Assembly (NCBI GenBank): GCA_015520895.1
Contig: WAPH01000016.1
Span: 1-32,889 of the forward strand
Direction of reading: 5' to 3'
Source: Nanobdellati archaeon
GTDB lineage: Archaea; EX4484-52; JAADEF01
Length of the DNA: 32,889 nt
Shown: in pieces, positions 8,869 through 17,237 of the stretch
Position numbering within the stretch: the stretch's first letter is position 1
Layout of the letters: each line of letters opens with the position of its first letter
Notes under the pieces: generated by a model
The model's database searches: none
What the model was told of the DNA's origin: nothing
What the model saw: only the letters and a program-made list of their open reading frames with translations
Translations under genes and position numbers: made by a program

Positions 8869-10217
8869 TGAGATTCCCTCTTAGCTATTTCGGTAATTAA
8901 TCTTATTCCGTAACCTGTTGCTCCAGCACCCCCTTTCCATGTGGGTTTTGTTGTGAATGCAGAAGGTGCTATATCTAAATGAGCCCATTTTGTGCCTGGT
9001 TTTATAAATTCTTTTATAAACATCCCTCCAATAATGGCACCTCCCCAAAGATAAGGAGGGGCATTGACTATATCTGCAAAATAACTTTTTAACTTATCTT
9101 TATAAATTTCATCCCATAAAGGCAAAGGCCAACACCTTTCTTCTATCTTTAATCCTATATCTTTAATTTTGTTTATAAAATTTTCATCATTTCCCATAAT
9201 GGCAGCAACTTCCTCCCCCAACGATATTATGGAGGCTTTAGTAAGAGTAGCAAAATCAATGAGATATTCTAGAGGATATCTATCTTGTAAATACCATAAA
9301 AGATCTCCAAGTATTAACCTTCCTTCAGCATCTGTGTTTGTTATTTCTACTTGTTTACCGCTAAGACTTCTGACTATATCGCCGGGTTTATAAGCATCTT
9401 CACTAACTAAATTTTCCACAAATATTCCTGCTCCTATAACATTTACTTTTATTTCTGATTTGGCCACAGCATAAACTCCATAAAGTGCAGCTATTGCTCC
9501 TGCCATATCGAATTTCATGTGATCTATCATTCCTTCTTTAAGTTTGTAGTTATATCCTCCCGCATCAAAAATAACCCCTTTACCTGCAAAGGCTTTATAT
9601 GGTTTTCCTTTTAATGGAGTATATTCGACAATTACGGCAACTGCTTTTCTTTTACTTCCTTTACTTACTATATTGACTAATCCCCAATTTTTAAGATCAT
9701 GTCCTTTTAATATCCTAATTTTTACATGTGGAATATGAGAAAAATCTTTAGATATGATAGATGCTATAGTTTCAGGCGTTTTTTGAGATGGAGACTCATT
9801 AAGCAAGTTTCGCGCTTTTATCACACTTTCTATTACAGCATTTAATCTCTTTAAAAAACCCGGTGATCTTTCTTGCTCATATATTAGTTTTATTTTTTTA
9901 ACATTTCTTTCTTTGTAATCATAGGTAGAGAGTATGCTAAGTTGAGATAACACCATGACTTCATCATCATCCTTGAAAAGATTGTCTATTATTAGCTCTG
10001 GTTCCTCATAATTATTAGTCAGATATTGAGAGAACTCGGCATAGCTCCTTATAATATAGGCCTTTTCAATTTCTTTTATCCCTTTTATAACATAAAGTAC
10101 GTTTTCATTTTCTATCTCAATTACTTTACCTTTTTCGAAAAATTGTTTTTTTGAACGAATTAGATTTTCAGCTTTTTCTTTAACCTTCTGCTCCTTAATA
10201 TGTTTTAAATCGTTTAT
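8865..10217 (-). CDS. pepA: M17 leucyl aminopeptidase (start uncertain: ATA about 10217 or ATG 9956)
   Basis: GKGVIFDAGG, MKFDMAGA, NTDAEGRL, WAHLDIA motifs; frame stays open 87 codons upstream of ATG 9956. Confidence 0.88.
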   Translation of the reverse strand: MNDLKHIKEQKVKEKAENLIRSKKQFFEKGKVIEIENENVLYVIKGIKEIEKAYIIRSYAEFSQYLTNNYEEPELIIDNLFKDDDEVMVLSQLSILSTYDYKERNVKKIKLIYEQERSPGFLKRLNAVIESVIKARNLLNESPSQKTPETIASIISKDFSHIPHVKIRILKGHDLKNWGLVNIVSKGSKRKAVAVIVEYTPLKGKPYKAFAGKGVIFDAGGYNYKLKEGMIDHMKFDMAGAIAALYGVYAVAKSEIKVNVIGAGIFVENLVSEDAYKPGDIVRSLSGKQVEITNTDAEGRLILGDLLWYLQDRYPLEYLIDFATLTKASIISLGEEVAAIMGNDENFINKIKDIGLKIEERCWPLPLWDEIYKDKLKSYFADIVNAPPYLWGGAIIGGMFIKEFIKPGTKWAHLDIAPSAFTTKPTWKGGAGATGYGIRLITEIAKRESQ

Positions 10218-10219
10218 TA

Positions 10220-11050
10220 TTATTCCCCTAATAACTCTTTTTTGATTAATAAGGCATCACCTTCTAAATTAGGAGATTCGCTAATAGCAACACCTTTTAT
10301 TTTAAAATCCTTCCATGCTCTTACCATATCTTTATAATTAAAATCACTTTCTTTTAATATTAAATGGTTTTGCTCCCCTTTTTCTCCATAAGCTATTCCT
10401 GAAAAATGAATATGCATGTTTTTTAAGGCTTCTTTTCCTAATTGCTCCTCTATCTTTTTTAATATTTCTGTAAATTCCTCATAACTATTAAATTTACCTT
10501 TGCTTCTTGCATGTATATGAGCGAAATCTATACATGGAAGTACTTGTTCAATTTCTTGGCTTAAACGGATTAATTCGTCTAAATCACCAAATTGTGTAGG
10601 CTTTCCTGTGGTTTCGGGTCTTATCCACAGTTCTATTCCTTTGTCTTGTGCTTCTTTAACTATACGTTTTAAACTTTCCTTTACAATTTCATAGGTTTTG
10701 GATTTATCTGAGTTTAAATAATATGCTGCATGAAAAACAATAGAATAGGCTCCTGCTTCCCATGCCCTTTCTGCTGTTAATAATATTCTTTGAATGCTTG
10801 CTTCTTTTTTTGCTTTATCTGGTGAATTTAGGTTGATGTAATAAGGGGCATGAGCTGTAAGAACTACATCGTTACTTTGAGCAATTTTTTTGGCGAGTTT
10901 TGCATTTTCGCTACTTAAATTTACTCCTCTAACGAATTCTAATTCCATAGCATCTAATCCTATTTCTTTCACTTGTTTAATACCATTAAGTATAGATGGT
11001 TTTGGTGTGCTAAGTGGTATGCCTGCAGTTCCTATCCTTAACCTCTCCAT
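10220..11050 (-). CDS. nfo: endonuclease IV / AP endonuclease family 2
   Basis: HAPYYINL, VFHAAYY, RPETTGK, CIDFAHIH, HIHFSG, ISESP metal-ligand motifs. Confidence 0.92.
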   Translation of the reverse strand: MERLRIGTAGIPLSTPKPSILNGIKQVKEIGLDAMELEFVRGVNLSSENAKLAKKIAQSNDVVLTAHAPYYINLNSPDKAKKEASIQRILLTAERAWEAGAYSIVFHAAYYLNSDKSKTYEIVKESLKRIVKEAQDKGIELWIRPETTGKPTQFGDLDELIRLSQEIEQVLPCIDFAHIHARSKGKFNSYEEFTEILKKIEEQLGKEALKNMHIHFSGIAYGEKGEQNHLILKESDFNYKDMVRAWKDFKIKGVAISESPNLEGDALLIKKELLGE

Positions 11051-11086
11051 AAAAACAATATATTTGTGCTAAAACTATATATAATT

Positions 11087-11785
11087 ATGGAGTTTGAACG
11101 AGTTACAACTGGAATTCCTGGATTGGATAAGTTGTTATACGGAGGTATACCTAAAGGACATGTGGTATTGATTTCAGGGGTCGCAGGTGCTGGTAAAACT
11201 ACTTTTTTAAGTCAGTTTTGTTGGGAGGGGCTTCAAAAAGGGGAAAAAGCGTTATTTATTACTTTAGAAGAATCACCAGAAGAAATAAAAGGAGATATGC
11301 TTCAATACGGATGGGATTTTGATCAATATGAAAAGAAAGGTATGTTTCGTATAGAGTATTTTGATCCTTTTGAATTAAGCGATATGAGCCACAGGCTTAG
11401 AGACCTCATCGAAGTTAATAAATATGATAGGGTGGTTATAGATTCTTTATCTTTGTTAGGTATGTATATAAAAGATGAATATGAAATAAGAAAAAAACTG
11501 TTTAAAATAGTACAAGCTTTAAAAAAGAGCAAAGCCACCTCTCTTTTATCTGCTGAGATACCAGAGCATGAGCCTAAAAAACTTTCTCGTTATGGAGTGG
11601 AGGAGTTTGTTGTTGATGGCGTTATTGTTCTTTATTACCTTAATATGGCAGGAGAAAGCTTTGGTAACATAGAAGTTAGGAAGATGAGAAGAACTAAACA
11701 TGCTCATGGAGCTTTTCCAACAATTATAACAAAGAACGGCTATTATGTAAGTGTTGAAAATTTAGATGGTGATATATTGAGATAG
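11087..11785 (+). CDS. single-domain KaiC-like RecA-superfamily ATPase
   Basis: RVTTGIPGLD, Walker A GVAGAGKT, TLEE, RVVIDS, YGVEEFVVDGVI, KMR; ATG 11087 preferred over GTG 11066. Confidence 0.93.
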   Translation: MEFERVTTGIPGLDKLLYGGIPKGHVVLISGVAGAGKTTFLSQFCWEGLQKGEKALFITLEESPEEIKGDMLQYGWDFDQYEKKGMFRIEYFDPFELSDMSHRLRDLIEVNKYDRVVIDSLSLLGMYIKDEYEIRKKLFKIVQALKKSKATSLLSAEIPEHEPKKLSRYGVEEFVVDGVIVLYYLNMAGESFGNIEVRKMRRTKHAHGAFPTIITKNGYYVSVENLDGDILR

Positions 11786-11845
11786 AGAGACACCATAAAG
11801 CATATATTTGACCTTTAACAATTATATAGTTTAAGGTGAGTTAAA

Positions 11846-12346
11846 ATGGTAAAATCACCCGATGAAATATTAAAAGATTTGGAAATGCTAACTGAAGAAA
11901 TAAAGGAAAAAAGTCAAGAAAAGAAAGATAAAAACGTAGTTAAATCAAAGAAAGTAAAAAGAACCAAAATCAGATCAAAAGAACCAGAAGTAACAAAGAA
12001 ACTTCAAAAATCCCTGCAGTTGCTAGAAAAGGAAGTCTTCATTAAGATTGATGATCCTTTAACTATTGCTCGTGATCTTTTACATAGTAAGAAAATTGTA
12101 AAAGGTATAACTACAACATTAATGGCTTTAACCAAGGTTAATAAACTAAGGGAAGAGCTTGTTGAAAATTTAAACCGACATATAGAAGAACTAAAAGAAA
12201 TTGTGATTTCCTTAGAGGAAAACCTTAATCTAGACCATTACAAAGATAACATAAAAGGTTCAAATCTAGAAGCATTTAATGAATATATAGATACAATTGA
12301 GAACGATATTGAAGAAATAAGAAGGAACATTGGTTTAGCTAAGTAA
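11846..12346 (+). CDS. hypothetical coiled-coil protein
   Basis: 166 aa; SD AGGTGA; Lys-rich N-terminus, VFIKIDD motif, heptad-rich helices. Confidence 0.85.
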   Translation: MVKSPDEILKDLEMLTEEIKEKSQEKKDKNVVKSKKVKRTKIRSKEPEVTKKLQKSLQLLEKEVFIKIDDPLTIARDLLHSKKIVKGITTTLMALTKVNKLREELVENLNRHIEELKEIVISLEENLNLDHYKDNIKGSNLEAFNEYIDTIENDIEEIRRNIGLAK

Positions 12347-12361
12347 CGGTTCGGTGAGAGC

Positions 12362-12646
12362 ATGGTTGAAAAAATTATTAAAAGATTTGATGTGATTTCT
12401 GTAGGAAAAATTTATGGGATGTTAGGCGTAATTATGGGAGCGATAGTGGGAATAATATTTTTATTATTAGCGTTTATAGGTTTTCCTTTAGGGGGAGCAA
12501 GTAGTAGCATACTATTAGGATTATTTTCTCTTATTCTTTATCCAATTTTCTTAGGTATTGGAGGATTTATTAATGGTGTGATAATAGCTTTTCTTTACAA
12601 TGTTGCGGCTAATTGGATAGGTGGTGTAAAAGTTGACCTTGAATAA
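12362..12646 (+). CDS. small two-TM membrane protein, DUF3566-like
   Basis: IKRFDVISVGK N-terminus, two Gly-rich TM helices, LYNVAANWIGGVKVDLE C-terminus. Confidence 0.75.
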   Translation: MVEKIIKRFDVISVGKIYGMLGVIMGAIVGIIFLLLAFIGFPLGGASSSILLGLFSLILYPIFLGIGGFINGVIIAFLYNVAANWIGGVKVDLE

Positions 12647-13445
12647 GGTTTCTTTTTATCTTATTTTTAATATTTCTTTTATCTGTCATTAAAATAAATA
12701 TGCTTTTATTCTTTATCATTTGATGTAATTTTATTGCTTCGTCCGCTTTTTTTTCATTATCTATTACAGCATAACTAATTTGATGTGAGAATGCTAATAT
12801 ATCGTAGGGGAATGAATAAGTGTAAGTATATGGTTTTTCTTTAGGCTTTATATTCAAATTACCCTTTATTATGATTGGTCTCGTGTTGAAAGGCAAAGGG
12901 GCGGTTATATCTTCATTAAATGTTTTCTTGATTCTTTCTATTATTTCTGTGCTTGCAGAGTTTTTTCTTTCTAAAAGATAAGCAGTTTTTTTAGAAATTC
13001 CTAATTTGTTAGCAAACTGCTGGAGACTTAATCCTTCCTTCCTTCTCAACTCTTTTATTTTATAATTATCGATATAAGTAGTATTTTTACCTTTTTTAAC
13101 AACTGTAACTTTTTCATTACTTACCATTTTTTTGAAGGTACGAGGATTCGTTATATATATGCTTTTATTGATATAAACTTTACCGTCATTTATTCTAAGG
13201 GATTTATATTTTGGAGCAATTATGAAAGGTAAAGCATGAAGGAAGCAGGCAACATTACGAAGGTCTATAGCACTATAATTAGTTAAAGAACTAGCATCAC
13301 TTAATACTTTAATAATATATCTATTTGCTTCTTCTATAATAAAATCTATGCTTCTTTTAACAAATTTTGCATAATTTATTTTATTTTCTATCAACCATTT
13401 TTCTAAATCTTCTTTAATTTTTTCTTTTGCTATGCTTTCTTGCAT
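12609..13445 (-). CDS. archaeal Cro/XRE HTH transcriptional regulator (COG1395-like)
   Basis: Central IKELRRKEGLSLQQFANKLGISKKTAYLLE HTH flanked by nuclease-like-fold regions (SIDFI, FPYDILA). Confidence 0.8.
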   Translation of the reverse strand: MQESIAKEKIKEDLEKWLIENKINYAKFVKRSIDFIIEEANRYIIKVLSDASSLTNYSAIDLRNVACFLHALPFIIAPKYKSLRINDGKVYINKSIYITNPRTFKKMVSNEKVTVVKKGKNTTYIDNYKIKELRRKEGLSLQQFANKLGISKKTAYLLERKNSASTEIIERIKKTFNEDITAPLPFNTRPIIIKGNLNIKPKEKPYTYTYSFPYDILAFSHQISYAVIDNEKKADEAIKLHQMIKNKSIFILMTDKRNIKNKIKRNLIQGQLLHHLSN

Positions 13446-13507
13446 AGTTTTATAACTTTTATCATTATTTAAAAAATTATTTATGCCTGCCTTGCCATTA
13501 TAATAAT

Positions 13508-13909
13508 ATGGCCTCTCAACAAAACCCTGTAATTAATTTACAAAAGGCAATTAATGATTTGAGCAAAATTGTGAAAGAACTCAGCGAACGTATTAGATTA
13601 GTAGAGGAAAAAATAGAAGGCATAGAAGCAACTATTTCTGAAATACAGGAAAAGGATAGAAGTGTTTTTCAAGAATTAAACTCTTTTAAGAAGAATACAT
13701 CTTTAGTTCTGGATGATCTTACAAAAAGAACAACAACTCTTGAAATGAATTTATTGAATTTAGAGAAAGATTTAAAGAATTACGCGAAAAAAGTAGAATT
13801 AAAAGAAATAAAATACTATATAGACCTTATAAAACCTGTAACAACGAGATTTGTTACAAAACAGGAAGTTGAGGTTATGATGAAAAAATTAAAAGCAAAC
13901 AAATCTTAA
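13508..13909 (+). CDS. hypothetical coiled-coil protein
   Basis: 133 aa, almost continuous heptads, C-terminal KYYIDLIKPVTTRFVT motif. Confidence 0.85.
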   Translation: MASQQNPVINLQKAINDLSKIVKELSERIRLVEEKIEGIEATISEIQEKDRSVFQELNSFKKNTSLVLDDLTKRTTTLEMNLLNLEKDLKNYAKKVELKEIKYYIDLIKPVTTRFVTKQEVEVMMKKLKANKS

Positions 13910-13922
13910 GAGGAGAGAAAAG

Positions 13923-14762
13923 ATGGTTAAGTTTAAGTTATTTGGTGGATTTAAGAAAAAAACTCCGGTTCCTTTAAGTAGGTATGTAGAAGTTGCACGG
14001 AAGATGATGGAATCTGGTAAAACTCAGGCAGAGGTAGCAAGTTTTCTGAAATCTAAAGGATTAAATTACCATCAAATAGATATTGTTATGAGGCATGCTA
14101 TAAAGTCTGCTACGTTAGAAAAAGATACTACTGCTAATGTTTCAGAAACCCAACATTCTCCTGCACCTCCTCAACCTCAACCTTCTTTACCTTCGCAACC
14201 CACTAATAAAGCAGCACCTTCTCAAGAGCCTTTACCCTCTCAACCTTTAAATCCTAACCAGAATTTGCATCCTACTTTTACACCACAACCCTCACTTCCT
14301 CCATTGCCACCTCAACATCCTTCATCTCCCTCTTCTTCTGTGGATGATGATGAACTCTTGATGGAGTTAGAGGAAATAATAGATTTAGTTTTAAAGAACA
14401 AATATGGCGATGTGTTAATTGTAAAAAAAGATGTAGAAGAATTAAAAAAGAAATTAAAGGAGTATGTAGGATCTTTTGAAAAAAAGATAAACGATATTAA
14501 AAAAAGACTAAATGAATTAGAAAATAAAGAACAAACCAATTATGCTGAAATAACCAAAAAAGTAGAAGATTTAATACCTCGTATTAATGCTTTAGAAAGC
14601 GCTTTTAAGGATAACGTTCCTACTATGCTAGATGAATTAAGGAAGATAGAAGAGACTTTAGATCTAAGAAAAGAAGAAAAGACGTTAACGGATAAAGAGC
14701 AAAAAGATAAAAATGAGAAAAAATTCGATATAGATTTAGGAGATCTTATAGAAGGGGAATAA
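13923..14762 (+). CDS. hypothetical protein: small helical domain, Pro/Gln/Ser linker, coiled coil
   Basis: 279 aa; SD GAGGAG; low-complexity PQ/PS tract at about aa 78-140. Confidence 0.88.
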   Translation: MVKFKLFGGFKKKTPVPLSRYVEVARKMMESGKTQAEVASFLKSKGLNYHQIDIVMRHAIKSATLEKDTTANVSETQHSPAPPQPQPSLPSQPTNKAAPSQEPLPSQPLNPNQNLHPTFTPQPSLPPLPPQHPSSPSSSVDDDELLMELEEIIDLVLKNKYGDVLIVKKDVEELKKKLKEYVGSFEKKINDIKKRLNELENKEQTNYAEITKKVEDLIPRINALESAFKDNVPTMLDELRKIEETLDLRKEEKTLTDKEQKDKNEKKFDIDLGDLIEGE

Positions 14763-14763
14763 T

Positions 14764-16086
14764 ATGAAAGCATATACTTTAGGAGGTTATAACGAAGTAG
14801 GAAGAAATATGACTGCTATAGAAGTTGGAAGGGAAGTTGTTATTATGGATATGGGCTATCATATGGACAAGATTATAGGTATGAGTGATGAAGAAAGAGC
14901 AGCGCCCTTATCTGAATTAAGGAGGCAAGGGGCTGTACCTGATGACACTCCTATAAAAGGGAAAAAAGTAGTTGCTATTGTTATATCTCATGGACATTTA
15001 GATCACATAGGTGCTGTCCCAAAAATGGCAGATAATTACCCTAATGCTCCTATTATTGTAACTCCTTATTCTGCCGAAGTTCTTAAAAGAATGGCTAAAG
15101 AGGAAGGAAGAGGTCACATATCTAAAAGAATAAAAGTATTAAATTACGGAGATCGTTATCATATAAGTAATAATTTTGAAGTAGAATTAGTTTATGTTAC
15201 TCACAGCATACCTAATTCTTCTATGATTTTGCTTCGAACAAAAGAGGGAAACATAGCATATTTAAATGATTTTAAAATTGATTTTAGTCCTACTTTAGAA
15301 GATCCTTTCAATAAACAATACTTTAAAAAGTTAGGAAAAGAAGGTATTAAAATATTGTTTATGGAGAGTTTAAGAGCAGAAGAGTCTTCGAGAACGTCAT
15401 CTGAAAAGATAGCTAAAGAAATGTTAAAGGACGTTATAAATCGTGCATACCAAGAATCAAAGAAGGGGGTTGTGGTAGTATCTACTTTTTCTTCTCATAT
15501 AGCAAGGATCAAAGCTGTTTTGGAAATCAATAAAGGAAGAAGAAATGTTGTTATGTTAGGAAGAAGCTTAAAGTTGTATACTGGGGCTGCAGTAGATGTA
15601 GGCTTAATGGACCGAGGTGATATAAGAGTGCATACAAAAAGAAAAACCATTATGCAAGTACTTAAAGAAATTGAAAAAAATAAAGGAGAATGGATTATTA
15701 TTAGTACGGGTAATCAGGGAGAATATGATGCCGTTTTAACACGCATGGCTCGAGGTGAATATCCGTTTAAATGGGAAAAGGAAGATGAAGTAGTGATAAG
15801 TTCTAATCCTATACCTCATCCAGTTAATATAGCTCAGCGTTATGTCCTTGAAAGAAGGCTTAGAGAACAAAAAGTTAGGATAATAGACGGAGTTCATGCA
15901 TCTGGTCATGCAAGAAAAGAAGACCTTAGAGATATAATAAGATGGCTTAATCCTGAAATATTGATTCCAAGTCATGGTTATTTGGCTAAAACATCTGCTT
16001 TAGCAGAAGTGGCTATGCAAGAAGGTTATGAACTTAATAGGAATGTTTTATTAAGTAGTAATGGGAAGGCATGGGAGATAAAATGA
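14764..16086 (+). CDS. rnj: RNase J (beta-CASP metallo-beta-lactamase)
   Basis: GGYNEVGRNMT, SHGHLDHIG, THSIP, STFSSH, TGNQGE, HASGHA, IPSHG motifs. Confidence 0.96.
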   Translation: MKAYTLGGYNEVGRNMTAIEVGREVVIMDMGYHMDKIIGMSDEERAAPLSELRRQGAVPDDTPIKGKKVVAIVISHGHLDHIGAVPKMADNYPNAPIIVTPYSAEVLKRMAKEEGRGHISKRIKVLNYGDRYHISNNFEVELVYVTHSIPNSSMILLRTKEGNIAYLNDFKIDFSPTLEDPFNKQYFKKLGKEGIKILFMESLRAEESSRTSSEKIAKEMLKDVINRAYQESKKGVVVVSTFSSHIARIKAVLEINKGRRNVVMLGRSLKLYTGAAVDVGLMDRGDIRVHTKRKTIMQVLKEIEKNKGEWIIISTGNQGEYDAVLTRMARGEYPFKWEKEDEVVISSNPIPHPVNIAQRYVLERRLREQKVRIIDGVHASGHARKEDLRDIIRWLNPEILIPSHGYLAKTSALAEVAMQEGYELNRNVLLSSNGKAWEIK

Positions 16087-16574
16087 TAGACATTACTGGT
16101 TTTGCTATTATGCTGTTTAATTTTTTGATTACTTTGTTTTTTCCTCAGCCGTCTTATTTTGTTTTAGAAGGTAATGTTACTTATGTATACGATGGCGATA
16201 CTTTTGAAGTTTTTATTTATAACACATCTACCTATGAAAAGGTGAGATTAAAATGTATAGATTTCCCTGATTTGTATCCTTCTTATCGATTAGAAAAATG
16301 GTTAAAAGCAGGAGTTAATAATAAATCTGTTGTAAAACAATGTTATTATAAGGGTAATGAAATTGTAAAACATCTTGTATTACATAAAAAAGTATATATA
16401 ATAGAGGATAAACCATGGGAACGAGACAAATATGGTAGGTTATTAGGTTATGTGATGTTGAATCAATCATTTGATTTAAATAAATGGCTAATTGTTGAAG
16501 GATACGCTATGCCTTATTATTGTGATACTTATAAGATATATTATAAAAAAGAAGGATGTTTGTGGAATTCTTAA
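16083..16574 (+). CDS. thermonuclease (SNase-like), N-terminal membrane anchor
   Basis: Hydrophobic N-terminus, VYDGDT, VRLKCIDFPD, DKYGRLLGYV; ATG 16083 overlaps the rnj stop. Confidence 0.88.
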   Translation: MIDITGFAIMLFNFLITLFFPQPSYFVLEGNVTYVYDGDTFEVFIYNTSTYEKVRLKCIDFPDLYPSYRLEKWLKAGVNNKSVVKQCYYKGNEIVKHLVLHKKVYIIEDKPWERDKYGRLLGYVMLNQSFDLNKWLIVEGYAMPYYCDTYKIYYKKEGCLWNS

Positions 16575-16625
16575 ACATTATATTGCAATATTATTTATTT
16601 AAAACATAGAAAGTTATAATAAGTT

Positions 16626-17108
16626 ATGAGTGATGTAATTTATGTGTTAGATTCAGCAGTTTTTATAAAAAATGCAACTTCTTGGTTTAATGACAAACTT
16701 TGCGTTACTTCATATTTGGTTTATGAGGAACTTCTATCTCCTCAAGCACGAATGGAATTTGAGAGAATGCAACTTCAAAATATGAATTTGTACGTTCCTT
16801 CAAATAAGTTTAGAAAAGAAGTGGAGGCTAAGGTAAAAGGATTAAAGCTAAGCAAAACAGATGTAGAGCTTTTAGCCATAGGTTATGAGTTGTTTAAGAA
16901 GGGCAAGAAAGTTGTTATTGTCACAGATGATTATTGGATACAAAATGCTGCGAGGATGTTAGGAATAGGTTATAAGGGAGTTGAAAGAGGGGAAATATTT
17001 AAGACGTTGAGATGGAAAAAAATATGTGAGAGTTGTAAGCATGAGCAACAAGAAGGAGAAAAATGCTATAAATGTGGATCCAAAATTGTTTGGGTTCCTG
17101 TGCTTTAA
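16626..17108 (+). CDS. nob1: Nob1 PIN-domain rRNA-processing endonuclease
   Basis: VLDSAVFI, LSKTDVELL, TDDYWIQNAA motifs and C-terminal CxxC...CxxC ribbon. Confidence 0.9.
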   Translation: MSDVIYVLDSAVFIKNATSWFNDKLCVTSYLVYEELLSPQARMEFERMQLQNMNLYVPSNKFRKEVEAKVKGLKLSKTDVELLAIGYELFKKGKKVVIVTDDYWIQNAARMLGIGYKGVERGEIFKTLRWKKICESCKHEQQEGEKCYKCGSKIVWVPVL

Positions 17109-17237
17109 TTAAATTTTAATTAATCAAATTTCGTATTTTATCAAAGAAAGATTCTTTTTTGATTATCTCTTCCTCTAACTCAGTAAATGTATTAATCCTT
17201 TTTAATTTTTTAAAATTTCACCTTTAACATCTCACAT

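Noticed and set aside
11087..11785. Circadian clock or RadA/RadB recombinase
   Set aside because: Single domain, no KaiA/KaiB, no ST phosphosites; motifs fit KaiC-like rather than RadA/RadB
14155..14340. CCTCAACC-type repeats as a CRISPR array or DNA tandem repeat
   Set aside because: Irregular codon-level repeats encoding a Pro/Gln linker; no repeat-spacer periodicity
16579..16593. Palindrome ATATTGCAATAT upstream of nob1
   Set aside because: Short and AT-rich; expected by chance at this composition, and no second copy noticed
16626..17108. VapC toxin of a toxin-antitoxin pair
   Set aside because: PIN plus C-terminal zinc ribbon and the TDDY.IQN motif indicate Nob1; no antitoxin ORF adjacent
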